From Sulfurimonas sp. (GTDB taxonomy: Bacteria; Campylobacterota; Campylobacteria; Campylobacterales; Sulfurimonadaceae), in contig NZ_JACUTS010000005.1 of the NCBI RefSeq assembly GCF_014859695.1, positions 4,274-68,273 of the forward strand: DNA of 64,000 nt, given 5' to 3'. The translations under genes were made by a program, and so were the position numbers. The notes under the pieces were generated by a model that searched no databases, was not told the origin of the DNA, and worked only from the letters and a program-made list of their open reading frames with translations. Below, piece after piece: positions 39,833 to 49,571 of the stretch (position 1 is its first letter; each line of letters opens with the position of its first letter).

Positions 39833-40527
39833 AAATAGCAATAATGGGAGCAATGCCCGAAGAGGTTGCTCCGATTTTAGAAAAAGTCGGCTTATATAAA
39901 ACGGTAGAGTACGCCGGAAATAGATATTATGAAGCAACATACAGAGGTGCCCAGCTTGTGATAGCGTACTCTAAGATAGGAAAAGTATTCTCTACTCTTA
40001 CGGCTACGACTATGATTGAGCATTTTGGAGCTACAAAGCTTCTCTTTTCAGGAGTTGCAGGGGCAATATCTCCTACTCTAAAGGTCGGTGATCTGATAGT
40101 TGCAACAAAACTCTCTCAGCATGATTTGGATATTACTGCATTCGGTCATCCATTTGGTTATGTACCGGAAGGGTCGGTCTTTGTAGAGGCTGATAAAGTA
40201 ATGATAGAGATGAGCAAAGAGGTCGCGGCAAGCATGGGTAAAAGTGTGCAGGAGGGAATCATCGCAACAGGTGATCAGTTTGTGGCAAATGAAGAGAGAA
40301 AGAACTGGATAGGAGCTACGTTTGGTGCAGATGCTCTGGAGATGGAAGGCGGAAGTGTTGCTGTCGTCTGTAATGCACTTGGGGTGCCTTTTTTTATTCT
40401 TCGTGCTATTAGCGATGCGGCAGACATGGATGCAAGTTTTAGTTTTGATGAATTTTTAGAGACAAGTGCTAAAGAAAGTGCCGAGTTTGTTATGAAAATG
40501 GTGGACAAAATTGTCCTCCCATCTTAG
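39829..40527 (+). CDS. mtnN: 5'-methylthioadenosine/S-adenosylhomocysteine nucleosidase (also aminodeoxyfutalosine nucleosidase in Campylobacterota)
   Basis: MKIAIMGAMPEE, GVAGA, and EMEG...RAISD motifs. Confidence 0.9.
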   Translation: MKIAIMGAMPEEVAPILEKVGLYKTVEYAGNRYYEATYRGAQLVIAYSKIGKVFSTLTATTMIEHFGATKLLFSGVAGAISPTLKVGDLIVATKLSQHDLDITAFGHPFGYVPEGSVFVEADKVMIEMSKEVAASMGKSVQEGIIATGDQFVANEERKNWIGATFGADALEMEGGSVAVVCNALGVPFFILRAISDAADMDASFSFDEFLETSAKESAEFVMKMVDKIVLPS

Positions 40528-40530
40528 AAC

Positions 40531-40555
40531 GCTAAATGAACAAAGTCCATTTAGC
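40531..40555 (+). terminator. weak terminator-like hairpin after mtnN
   Basis: gctaaatg-aacaaagtc-catttagc forms an 8-bp AT-rich stem. A T-run (gttttctt) lies only ~15 nt downstream. Confidence 0.3.
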
Positions 40556-40590
40556 TACGCTAACGCTATGTTTTCTTCGACAGAAGGCCC
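40552..40590 (-). repeat. 39-nt dispersed repeat, copy B (inverted relative to 15391-15429)
   Basis: The reverse complement gggccttctgtcgaagaaaacatagcgttagcgtagcta matches copy A at 32/39 positions. Intergenic between mtnN and the ttcA-like gene. Confidence 0.65.
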
Positions 40591-40623
40591 GCGTGCAGAT
40601 AAACCGCACTTAAAGATTTTACA

Positions 40624-41382
40624 ATGGCTATAAAGATTTCTAAAAAAATTATGTCTAAACTCGGAAAAACAAATGCCGAGTTTGAACTTATAGAAGAGGG
40701 CGATAAGATATTGGTAGGTCTTAGCGGCGGAAAAGATTCGCTTACTTTAGTCCATGCGCTCAAAGAGCAACAGCGCCGTGCACCGTTTAAATTTGAGTTT
40801 GTTGCAGTAACTGTCTCATACGGGATGGGTGAAAACTTTGATAATTTGATTGAGCATTGTAAAGAACATGAGATTGCGCATTTCATCCATGATACAAAAA
40901 TCTACGATTTGGCTGCTGAGAAAATTAGAAAAAATTCCTCATTTTGCAGTTTTTTTTCACGCATGAGAAGAGGTTCACTCTATAGTGCAGCAGAAAATCA
41001 TGGCTGTAATAAAGTGGCTCTTGGACATCACATGGATGATGCGGCAGAGAGTTTTTTTATGAATTTTATCTATAACGGACAGATGCGCTCGCTTGCACCA
41101 AAATATAGAGCCGATAACGGTTTGATTGTCATACGTCCTCTTATTCAAATGAGAGAGCGTCAATTGGCAGCATTTGCACTTGATAATGATATTGTGACTA
41201 TTGGGGATGAAGCATGTCCATCTATGAGATTTGACGTTAAAATGCCCCATGCAAGAGCAAATACAAAAGAGATGTTATCTAAGATGGAAAAAGAGTTTCC
41301 TTCGCTGTTTACAAGTTTAAATGCAGCATTTAAAAATATCTCTGTTGAGACTTTTTTTGATAAAGAGAAGTTTAATATTTAG
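40624..41382 (+). CDS. ttcA: PP-loop ATP pyrophosphatase, TtcA-like tRNA thiolation enzyme
   Basis: LSGGKDS PP-loop, GHHMDD, and conserved Cys residues (CSFFSRMRRG). Confidence 0.7.
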   Translation: MAIKISKKIMSKLGKTNAEFELIEEGDKILVGLSGGKDSLTLVHALKEQQRRAPFKFEFVAVTVSYGMGENFDNLIEHCKEHEIAHFIHDTKIYDLAAEKIRKNSSFCSFFSRMRRGSLYSAAENHGCNKVALGHHMDDAAESFFMNFIYNGQMRSLAPKYRADNGLIVIRPLIQMRERQLAAFALDNDIVTIGDEACPSMRFDVKMPHARANTKEMLSKMEKEFPSLFTSLNAAFKNISVETFFDKEKFNI

Positions 41383-41860
41383 ACTCTATCTTCTCTTCAT
41401 CTTTTGCAATTTGTGATCTTCTCTCATGCAGAGTCTCATCTTTTAGGGTTTGTAAAAACTCTATCATATTCTCTTGGTAGGAGATGATATCCCTGTCATG
41501 CGAGAGCAAAAGAAGCTCTCTAAGCGAATCAATATCTATTTTTTTTGCATATCTTGGCATAAGCTTTAGTTCTTTTTGAATATTTAAGACAAGCGTATCA
41601 ATATCCAGACCATTGTTTTCTCTTACTTTTTTAACAAGTTCTTTAGTGTTTAGGAGGAGAAGGTTTGCTCTTTCATCGTCATTATATATATCCATACCAA
41701 TTTTTTTTATAATAGAGAAATCATCCGCTTTTATATTTTCATTTGCGCTAAGGATAAGAGCAAAAAGTTTGGCACGAAACGCCAATGAACTGTGATTGTA
41801 AACAAATAGTTCACGAAATGCATTAAATAAGTAATGTTTGATTTTAGAGAGAAACTTCAT
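41372..41860 (-). CDS. hypothetical helical protein
   Basis: I prefer the start at internal Met (MKFLSKIKHY). It is preceded by AAGGTG and an extended -10 (TGgTATAAT), which lie inside the longer track ORF. No family recognised. Confidence 0.45.
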   Translation of the reverse strand: MKFLSKIKHYLFNAFRELFVYNHSSLAFRAKLFALILSANENIKADDFSIIKKIGMDIYNDDERANLLLLNTKELVKKVRENNGLDIDTLVLNIQKELKLMPRYAKKIDIDSLRELLLLSHDRDIISYQENMIEFLQTLKDETLHERRSQIAKDEEKIESKY

Positions 41861-41888
41861 TGAAACACCTTGTAGAGTCAAGTGCGTA

Positions 41889-41897
41889 ATTATACCA
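41889..41897 (-). promoter_or_regulatory. extended -10 promoter element (TGgTATAAT) for the 41860 gene
   Basis: The reverse complement of 41889-41897 is tggtataat, ending 28 nt upstream of the preferred ATG. Confidence 0.4.
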
Positions 41898-42000
41898 AAT
41901 CCGCTCATGAATACCTACTTTAAACTTCATTTGGGAAAGCAGATTTGGTTATAATACACTTCTAATAATAAAACAGATTACAGTAGATGAGGATACATGC

Positions 42001-42711
42001 ATGGGAAGAGCCTTTGAGTATAGAAAAGCATCAAAGCTAAAAAGATGGGGAGCAATGTCAAAACTGTTTCCTAAACTTGGAAAAATAATTACAATGGCGG
42101 CAAAAGAGGGTGGAACTGACCCTGATATGAATGCTAGATTGCGTACAGCGATTATAAATGCAAAAGCCGAAAATATGCCAAAAGACAACATAGAAGCAGC
42201 TATAAAAAGAGCAACTGCAAAAGATACGGCAAGTATGCTTGAGGTAAGCTTTGAGGGGAAAGTTCCACACGGTGTGCAGCTCTTTATAGAGTGCATGACG
42301 GATAACAATACGAGAACCGTGGCAAATGTGAAAAATATACTTACAAAACATGGCGGTGAGATGCTTACAAAGGGCTCTTTAGAGTTTATGTTTGACAGAA
42401 AAGCGCTGTTTGAATTTCCTCTAAAAGATGGTATGTATTTAGAAGAGCTTGAACTAGAGCTAATAGATGCAGGTTTAGAAGAGATAGAGGAAGAGGATGG
42501 AGTTGTTATTGTGACTGGTAACTATATAAGTTTTGGCGCATTAAACAGTGCCTTAGAAGATATGGGCATCGAGATTACGAAGGCAAATCTAGAGAGAATT
42601 GCAAATTTACCGATAACTATAACGGAGGAGCAGCACTCAGATATAGATAAAATTTTAGACAAACTCGAAGATGATGAGGATGTTCAAAAAGTATTTACAA
42701 ATTTGGCATAA
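42001..42711 (+). CDS. yebC: YebC/PmpR family DNA-binding transcriptional regulator
   Basis: [23 protein letters not shown]...AAKEGG.DP..N.RLR family N-terminus. 236 aa. Confidence 0.9.
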   Translation: MGRAFEYRKASKLKRWGAMSKLFPKLGKIITMAAKEGGTDPDMNARLRTAIINAKAENMPKDNIEAAIKRATAKDTASMLEVSFEGKVPHGVQLFIECMTDNNTRTVANVKNILTKHGGEMLTKGSLEFMFDRKALFEFPLKDGMYLEELELELIDAGLEEIEEEDGVVIVTGNYISFGALNSALEDMGIEITKANLERIANLPITITEEQHSDIDKILDKLEDDEDVQKVFTNLA

Positions 42712-42723
42712 TAATGTTTTAGA

Positions 42724-42752
42724 AAAGATATAGGAGAGACTCCTATATCTTT
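42724..42752. terminator. bidirectional terminator hairpin between convergent yebC and ctsF-like genes
   Basis: aaagatataggag-aga-ctcctatatcttt forms a perfect 13-bp stem with a 3-nt loop. It overlaps the stop codon of the minus-strand gene. Confidence 0.6.
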
Positions 42753-43998
42753 ATCCTCTTCCCTGTACGGCATTACCCATATCCCACATCGGCAAGAATA
42801 TACCAAGAGCAAGAAGAAGAACCATTGCCGCGATAATAAAGAGCATAATAGGTTCGATAGCCTCATTAAGCCCGTCAATAATCGCATCAAATCTCATTTT
42901 ATAATACTCTGCTACCTTCTTTATCATGGCATCAAGAGTACCGCTATCCTCACCGGCACTAATCATCTGAATAATCATATTTTCAAAAAGTTTTGTATCC
43001 GCTAGACCTTCGTTTAAAGCCGCACCTTTTTCAACAGAAGTCCTAACCGAAGAGAGTTTTGCTTTTAGCGGCAGGTTGTCAATCATAGAGATGGAAGTGT
43101 CAAGCGCTTCCGCGATAGGAATACCGGCACGGATTAGTTCTGAGAAAACAAGTGTAAAACGGCTGAGCGTTGCATACATTACGATATTTTTTATAAGGTA
43201 TGTCTTTAAGAGAAGCTGGTGCCAGCTAAACCTGATATCTTTATAGTTGTTAATTAGATACTTAAACATTGCAAATGTTATAACTAAAAAGGCGAGTACA
43301 TACAACCCATAGTTGTTAAACAGATGTTCTAGTTTTAATAAAATAATAGTAGGTAACGGCAACTCTGCATTAAGCTCTTCAAAAATAGTTTTAAACTCAG
43401 GAACAACATAAGATATTAGAATCGTGAAAGCGATAGCCATTGCAATCATAACATTTCTTGGATATGCCATTGCTTTTTTAAATTTAATGATGTTCGCACG
43501 TATCTCCTCTAGCATATCGGCAAGAGAGTATAAGGCTTCATCAAGATTACCTGTTTTTTCACCGAGCTGAACCATGGCAATTGCGAGATTTCCAAGCTCA
43601 AAACGGAAATTTTCCATAGATTTCGAGAGAGAATGACCGGAATTTATATCTTCTGCCAGCTTGCTAAAAACTAGTTTTAAACTCTCTTCCTGCGTAGATT
43701 TTGCAATCTCATTTAGTGAATCATAAATTGATATTCCAGCATTTGTCATAACTGCTAGCTGTCTAATGGATGCAATAAGAGAGTCGGGCTTTATCTTTCT
43801 TTTTTTAACATTGCTAAGAAGTGTTGTTTTGAATCTTTTAAACTGAGCTTCAAGCGGTTCTGTCTCTTCTGAAATTTTAATTATAATCCCAGCGTGCTTG
43901 AGTTTTGTAAGCTCATTAGCATGTTTTCTATTTTCTGCATACATCCCAATCTGTTCTTTTTTACCCTTGGAGAGGATAGTTGCTACAAAGTATTTCAT
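42751..43998 (-). CDS. ctsF: GspF/PilC-family inner-membrane platform protein (CtsF/MshG-like)
   Basis: 415 aa with two T2SSF repeats (...IRQLAVMTNAGISIYDSL... / ...FSELIRAGIPIAEAL...) and three TM segments. Confidence 0.85.
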   Translation of the reverse strand: MKYFVATILSKGKKEQIGMYAENRKHANELTKLKHAGIIIKISEETEPLEAQFKRFKTTLLSNVKKRKIKPDSLIASIRQLAVMTNAGISIYDSLNEIAKSTQEESLKLVFSKLAEDINSGHSLSKSMENFRFELGNLAIAMVQLGEKTGNLDEALYSLADMLEEIRANIIKFKKAMAYPRNVMIAMAIAFTILISYVVPEFKTIFEELNAELPLPTIILLKLEHLFNNYGLYVLAFLVITFAMFKYLINNYKDIRFSWHQLLLKTYLIKNIVMYATLSRFTLVFSELIRAGIPIAEALDTSISMIDNLPLKAKLSSVRTSVEKGAALNEGLADTKLFENMIIQMISAGEDSGTLDAMIKKVAEYYKMRFDAIIDGLNEAIEPIMLFIIAAMVLLLALGIFLPMWDMGNAVQGRG

Positions 43999-45731
43999 TA
44001 TTTTGCCACCCTTAAAATTTCTTCTAAACTTGTGACACCTTCAAGAGCCTTGTTTATACCGTTTTCAAACAATCCGACAAATCCGTCTTCAACTGCTTGG
44101 GCATGTAGAGCCTCTAGAGATGCACCTTTTGCAATTAGAGATGACATTTTTTCATTAACAACTAAAACCTCACAAATCATCTCTCTTCCCATGTATCCTG
44201 TTCCGTTACACTCTTTACAGCCGGCTCCTGTATAAAATTTAGCATTTTCAGGAACTAGATGTCTTATCTCCTCTATAGCTGCCGCTGAAATCTTCTCCTC
44301 CGTTTTACAATTTTTACATATTATTCTTACAAGTCTTTGAGCTTGTATAGCAACTAAAGAACCACTGATAAGGTAAGATGGCACACCCATGTCTACCATA
44401 CGCGTAACTGCGCTTATGGAGTCATTTGTATGAAGTGTAGAGATTACCAGGTGTCCCGTTAGTGCAGCTTTAATAGCTATTTCCAAAGTCTCAGAGTCGC
44501 GAATCTCACCAATCATAATCTTATCTGGATCTTGTCTTAAGATAGACCTAAGAGCCGCCGCAAAAGTCAATCCAACTTTGGGGTTTACTTGAACCTGCTG
44601 AATTAGGTTCATTCTATATTCAACCGGATCTTCGACCGTAATTACTTTATCTTCAACATTTCTAAGCTCATTAAGTGCGCCGTAGAGCGTTGTTGTTTTA
44701 CCGCTTCCCGTAGGACCGGTAACAAGAATAATGCCATAAGGCGTCTTTAGAGCTTTTATAAACTTATTGTAACTTTCGGTATCCATACCGGCTTCCTCAA
44801 GTTTAACAAGTGCTTTTTGTTTATCAAGAACCCTCATAACTATTGACTCACCGTAGAGTACTGGAAGTGTTGATATGCGAAAATCATACTCTTTAGCACC
44901 AACCAGCGTAGAGAAGCGACCGTCTTGAGGCTTTCTTTTTTCAGCTATATCAAGATTTGAGAGAAGCTTTAATCTTGAGGCAAGAGGAGGATATATATCT
45001 TTTTCGAAAATAAACACCTCTGTTAGCTTTCCATCTATCCTTGTACGCACAACACAGTTTTTTTCTGTAGGTTCAACATGCACGTCACTCGCACGACTTT
45101 TAATACAAGAGTTTAGGATAACATCAATCAGTAGTAAAATTGAAGAAGCTTCCTGCTGTTCATCCATGGAGTTTATGGAGTTTAACTCATCTCTTATCTT
45201 TTTGACTAATCCTTTTACACTACCTTTTATCTCAACCTTAAAAAGATATGACTGAATCTGTTTTTTTGTTGCAACGGCAATTTTAATAGGTTTTGTAGAA
45301 AAGAGTCTTTGTACTGACTCATGCGCTTCAATGTCCAAGGGATCACAAAAAGCGACCGTAATGCTTAGTTCATCTTCGGATACCGGCAGCGCATTGTATT
45401 TTTTAAGCTGGGCAAGGGAAACTTTTTCAGTAAGCCTGTAATCCATGTCTATCGAGTCTAAATCAAGAAAAATAAGATTTAGTTTTTGGGCAAGTTTAAG
45501 AAGAATATCTTTTTCTTGAATGTAGTCATAATCGTCAATTATAGATAAATCATACTCGCCGCTTTGTATCTTCTCAACGATAAATCGAACAAGCCTATCC
45601 ATCGTCATAAAGCCGGAAATAGTAATATCCCTAAGTATTAAATTACTATCAAGCCCTTTGGCAACAAGTCTGTCTACTTGACTCTTCATGATAGAGCCAT
45701 TAGCTAGTAAATCAGATGTTATTCTATCCAT
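43998..45731 (-). CDS. ctsE: GspE/PilB-family secretion ATPase (CtsE/MshE-like)
   Basis: Walker A GPTGSGKTTT, Asp box, Walker B (IMIGEIRD), His box (LTGHLVISTLHTN) and a tetracysteine motif (CKNC...CKEC). Confidence 0.9.
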   Translation of the reverse strand: MDRITSDLLANGSIMKSQVDRLVAKGLDSNLILRDITISGFMTMDRLVRFIVEKIQSGEYDLSIIDDYDYIQEKDILLKLAQKLNLIFLDLDSIDMDYRLTEKVSLAQLKKYNALPVSEDELSITVAFCDPLDIEAHESVQRLFSTKPIKIAVATKKQIQSYLFKVEIKGSVKGLVKKIRDELNSINSMDEQQEASSILLLIDVILNSCIKSRASDVHVEPTEKNCVVRTRIDGKLTEVFIFEKDIYPPLASRLKLLSNLDIAEKRKPQDGRFSTLVGAKEYDFRISTLPVLYGESIVMRVLDKQKALVKLEEAGMDTESYNKFIKALKTPYGIILVTGPTGSGKTTTLYGALNELRNVEDKVITVEDPVEYRMNLIQQVQVNPKVGLTFAAALRSILRQDPDKIMIGEIRDSETLEIAIKAALTGHLVISTLHTNDSISAVTRMVDMGVPSYLISGSLVAIQAQRLVRIICKNCKTEEKISAAAIEEIRHLVPENAKFYTGAGCKECNGTGYMGREMICEVLVVNEKMSSLIAKGASLEALHAQAVEDGFVGLFENGINKALEGVTSLEEILRVAK

Positions 45732-45741
45732 AATGCCCCCT

Positions 45742-46287
45742 CTACCAATAAATATGTTTTTTAGTACTTATAGAGTTGTAAAACTCTTCAATAACTATTT
45801 TATCTATTTTACCATCTTTTAAAATATAAAGTTTATATTTTAAATTCTTATCATCTTCATCTTCAAATATATAAAACTCCTTTGGTTCATGTTTGCCATA
45901 TTTTGTATAAAAATCAAAGACTTTTGATAGTACATAGTCGGTTGTAGGCAAGTTTAGTGAGGATATGTCATAGTTGTCAAGCAGAGCATGATACAGAAGT
46001 TTTTTTTGCATAAGTATAATTGAGAAATATGCGGCATTTGCGCGTGATTCAGGTGTTAGTTTTAGTACGGTAACGGGAACAGACAATCTATCTACATAAT
46101 CAACATTAAGACAAGAGAATCCATATAAAGAGACATACTCCTCATCCTTTGAGTATTTTGCAAAGTTCTTAAAACCTATGGTGCAAGCCTCTTTATAATC
46201 TTTGTTTTGAAATAGCTCAAGCATTTCACGTTTTACATCGGCATAAAGAGTTATTGCCAAGAGAGTTGTTAGTAGTAGTAATTTCAT
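45742..46287 (-). CDS. secreted hypothetical protein embedded in the pilus/competence cluster
   Basis: Signal peptide MKLLLLTTLLAITLYA. No family recognised. Its start overlaps the upstream gene's stop by 4 nt. Confidence 0.5.
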   Translation of the reverse strand: MKLLLLTTLLAITLYADVKREMLELFQNKDYKEACTIGFKNFAKYSKDEEYVSLYGFSCLNVDYVDRLSVPVTVLKLTPESRANAAYFSIILMQKKLLYHALLDNYDISSLNLPTTDYVLSKVFDFYTKYGKHEPKEFYIFEDEDDKNLKYKLYILKDGKIDKIVIEEFYNSISTKKHIYW

Positions 46288-47174
46288 TTAAATTTCCCTG
46301 ATAAGATCTCATCTAAGAGTTGTCTAGCCTGTGATGAATCTGAGTGGTTTATATATCTCTTTAGTGTTTCAATCGCCATCTCTTTTTTGCCGAGCTTAAC
46401 AAGCGATTTTGAAAAAATAATCCAGCTTGCTTCTATATTATTGTTTAACTCATTCGTTGCCAAAGCATAGTTGTATGCTTGCTCATAATTTTCTAATTGA
46501 TAATATTTTTTTGCAACAAACAGACTTAAAGCAGGGTTGTGATTAACATTAAATCTTTTGATCACATGTTTAATGTCCTCTTCGACATCTCTTCTTTTTA
46601 TATCTATGGTGCTTGTGTTTGTTGCAGGTTCTTCCACTATGGGTTTCTGCACTAGAGCAATAGACTCTTTTACCTCTTCAACTATAGGCAGGGATACTTC
46701 TTCTTTTTTATTCTCTTTTTTTATAGGCTCACTGCTTTTTTCAATAGGTCGTTCAACTTTTTTTTCAATAATGGCAGCAGCTTTAACGCTATCCTCTTTT
46801 TTGTATAGCGGTACCTCAGACTCAATTCTCTTTATAAAGTTTAGAGAAGGGGATAGCTGAACTTTCTCCTCTCTCTCTTGAGTCACCGGTGTTTCTTCTT
46901 TTTCTTTTGGCACAATAACTTTAGAAGCCTCTTGCTCGATGGCTTCATTTTTATTTTCGATTGCTATATCCGCTTTTCTATCTCCATTATACTCTTGTGT
47001 TTTTTGAGCGATAAGCTCTTTTTTTGTCTCTTTTTTTGAATTAAAATCATATAGAAGAAAAAAAGATATCGACAAAATAGCAGCGCTAACGCCTAAAAAA
47101 ATTGCAAAGTATGGAGTATATGATTTTAGTTTATATTTTTTATGTTTGTTTTCAAGTTCGTTAACATTAAGCAT
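46284..47174 (-). CDS. membrane-anchored TPR protein (MshN/CtsX-like position)
   Basis: N-terminal TM helix (FAIFLGVSAAILSISFFLLY), Lys/Glu/Pro-rich spacer and a C-terminal TPR-like segment (YYQLENYEQAYNYALATNEL...). Confidence 0.55.
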   Translation of the reverse strand: MLNVNELENKHKKYKLKSYTPYFAIFLGVSAAILSISFFLLYDFNSKKETKKELIAQKTQEYNGDRKADIAIENKNEAIEQEASKVIVPKEKEETPVTQEREEKVQLSPSLNFIKRIESEVPLYKKEDSVKAAAIIEKKVERPIEKSSEPIKKENKKEEVSLPIVEEVKESIALVQKPIVEEPATNTSTIDIKRRDVEEDIKHVIKRFNVNHNPALSLFVAKKYYQLENYEQAYNYALATNELNNNIEASWIIFSKSLVKLGKKEMAIETLKRYINHSDSSQARQLLDEILSGKFK

Positions 47175-47982
47175 TTATCAATCCTGTATGTATCGCAGCC
47201 ATCTCTATAATTTTCTTTGAAATCTCATTTCCTCTTATTTCTTTTGGATTGTTTTGTGCATAATAGTGGTATATATCAAAGAGCGTGTATACTAATTTAT
47301 TTGTATCTCTATAATTTCCATCCGTCAATTTATGAATAAGATTGATTGATTTCGGTACAAACATGCTTGCTGTATCTACGCAATTTACTTTCATAAGTTT
47401 TTTTTGAATATATATTTTAAGCTCCACCGGAGAAGCGTTTTCGAGCTTTATGCTCTCCCAAATTCTAGTTTGGAAATGCTCTTTTGCAATAATATCCTCT
47501 TTTTCAGTTTTATGAAGGGCGATTACAAATTTTACTTTTCTTGTATCTGATAAAAGTCTGATTTTTTCCATCATAGCCGTAGTATAGAGCTGAGCCTCAT
47601 CAAGCATTATAATGGGAACTATTGCTTCAATAAGTTCTCTGTTTTCTACAACCTTCATAAATTGCGTAAAATTCAGTTCGCTGTCATATTTGATTCCATA
47701 TAGATCTTGAGCAATAGTTTTGAAAAACTCACTCTCATCTAGAATAGGCGTTTTGTAGAGATAAGCTTTTTGCGCAGAAGCAACATCTTCATGTAGCTTT
47801 GATAAAAACATACTCTTACCTGTTCCAGGTTTACCATATAGAAGAACCATTTTTAAGGGCTTTTCTATAGAGTCTCTTAGGGCTTGGTAAATCATAGAGA
47901 TTTTCTCAAGCTGGATGTAATCTTTGACATTAACCGTATCTAAAAAAACATCCCTTGAGTTTTCATAGATACTTGGTTTCAA
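47167..47982 (-). CDS. ctsP: ExeA/MshM-type AAA ATPase (CtsP-like)
   Basis: P-loop LLYGKPGTGKSMF and Walker B IIMLDEAQ. 271 aa. Sits immediately downstream of the secretin, as in C. jejuni ctsD-ctsP and Vibrio mshL-mshM. Confidence 0.75.
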   Translation of the reverse strand: MKPSIYENSRDVFLDTVNVKDYIQLEKISMIYQALRDSIEKPLKMVLLYGKPGTGKSMFLSKLHEDVASAQKAYLYKTPILDESEFFKTIAQDLYGIKYDSELNFTQFMKVVENRELIEAIVPIIMLDEAQLYTTAMMEKIRLLSDTRKVKFVIALHKTEKEDIIAKEHFQTRIWESIKLENASPVELKIYIQKKLMKVNCVDTASMFVPKSINLIHKLTDGNYRDTNKLVYTLFDIYHYYAQNNPKEIRGNEISKKIIEMAAIHTGLINA

Positions 47983-49562
47983 TCTTCCTCTCTTATACTA
48001 TTCGTTGTAACAGAAATCGCTTCTTTTGGGCTAAGCATGATATCCTCTGATAACCCTTCATATCCCAAGTTTGATAAAGATAAACCTTTGTCATTTTTAC
48101 GAATAATATGAGGCTCAATAACGATAACAAGTTCTTGAGTAATCTTTTGTCTGTTTTCATATTTAAACAGGTAGTTCAGCACTGGAATATCGCCTAAGAT
48201 AGGAACTTTATTCATGTAGACATTATTGCTGGTATTGATTAATCCACCTAAGATTATACGACTTCCGTCTTTTATAGTTACAACTGAAGAGAGTTGACGG
48301 CGACGAAGGTCGGGCGGCATAGTTCTATCTGCTGCTTCAACAAGAGATATATCCGAAGCCGTTTCAGATAGAGACGGATTAATCTTTAATGTAATCATAT
48401 TGTCATCAGAAATTTCTGGCGTTATATCGAGTAAAACACCGGCAAAAACAGATTGAAGGTCTTCACTTGTGCTTTGGGTTCCACTTGTAGTACCAGAGAG
48501 AGTCTCCGTACTTATAATTTTATAGAAATACTCTGTTCCGGCTGTTATAAGTGCCGCTTGATTGTTTAGCGTTAAAACTTTTGGGTTTGAAATAGAAGTT
48601 ACATCACCTTGCGTTTTAAGAAACTTAATAACCTCGTTTAAGTTTCCGCTTGCACTTATTTTTATAAGGTGAGAGTTTTCAGCAGCTCCACCACCGGCGA
48701 TTGCTGTGGTAATTTTATTATCCTCAAATTCAGAGACATTTTTGTGAAACAGTTTATCTATACTAAGATCTATATCTTGAAGTTTATAGAGCTGAGACCA
48801 ATCAACACCGGTTGTTTTGCCGTCACTAAGAGTAACTGAAAGAAGCTGAACATCTATCAATACCTGAAGCTGTACTTTGTCTTGCAGTTTCTTAAGATAG
48901 CTTTCAAATCTCTCCATCTGTTTAATTGTAGCAGTGACGGTAATAATGCCTGCATTTTTATTTATGATAGGAAGTTGCGCCGTATATACATCTTGTGGTC
49001 TGTTTAGAACTTCTTGAAACTCCAAATCCAGTTGATGCCAGAATACAACTTCATCAGAGCTGTCAATCATCATTCCCGATTTACCCGCGCTTCCCCCACC
49101 CAACTCTTGATTTTGAGTTGTTCTGGATGTTGATCCTGTTTGAGAAGTCACACCGGCACCCTCAGAAGAGAGTGTGATATTGGTTTTAGATTCACTTTTT
49201 CTCTGTGACAAGATATAGTCAATATTGAACATTTTGGTTTCCAGATATGAAACCCTTAAAATATTGTTCTCAAGAGAGTAAGTGAGGTTATTCTCTTTTA
49301 GTACAAGATCTAAAACTTCATTGATAGTTAAGTTATTTAGATTTGTCTTATTTAAGTTGCTCTCCAAAAACTTCTGTGCATTTGGATCAGTTACTATGAT
49401 ACTAAATTCACATTCATCACTAAGCTGCTCTATAAAGTCAATTATCTTAGTGTTTTTTGTCGAACTAATGCTAAAGAGCTCATACGAACAATCAGCCACA
49501 ACATTAGTTGATAATAGAACCGTTAGAAGAGTTGAGTACATCGTTGTTTTTATAAGTTTCAT
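47979..49562 (-). CDS. ctsD: type II/IV secretin (CtsD/MshL/PilQ-like)
   Basis: Signal peptide and N-domains. C-terminal secretin signature NKVPILGDIPVLNYLFKYENRQKITQELVIVIEPHII. Confidence 0.9.
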   Translation of the reverse strand: MKLIKTTMYSTLLTVLLSTNVVADCSYELFSISSTKNTKIIDFIEQLSDECEFSIIVTDPNAQKFLESNLNKTNLNNLTINEVLDLVLKENNLTYSLENNILRVSYLETKMFNIDYILSQRKSESKTNITLSSEGAGVTSQTGSTSRTTQNQELGGGSAGKSGMMIDSSDEVVFWHQLDLEFQEVLNRPQDVYTAQLPIINKNAGIITVTATIKQMERFESYLKKLQDKVQLQVLIDVQLLSVTLSDGKTTGVDWSQLYKLQDIDLSIDKLFHKNVSEFEDNKITTAIAGGGAAENSHLIKISASGNLNEVIKFLKTQGDVTSISNPKVLTLNNQAALITAGTEYFYKIISTETLSGTTSGTQSTSEDLQSVFAGVLLDITPEISDDNMITLKINPSLSETASDISLVEAADRTMPPDLRRRQLSSVVTIKDGSRIILGGLINTSNNVYMNKVPILGDIPVLNYLFKYENRQKITQELVIVIEPHIIRKNDKGLSLSNLGYEGLSEDIMLSPKEAISVTTNSIREED

Positions 49563-49571
49563 GAATCTGCC

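Noticed and set aside
45657-45731. Possible MshEN-type c-di-GMP binding motif at the N-terminus of the GspE-like ATPase (ITSDLLANGSIMKSQVDRLVAKG).
   Set aside because: Only the LLxxGxIxxxQ half of the RLGxxLLxxGxIxxxQL consensus is present, the RLG is missing and I saw no tandem second copy. This is too weak without a profile search.
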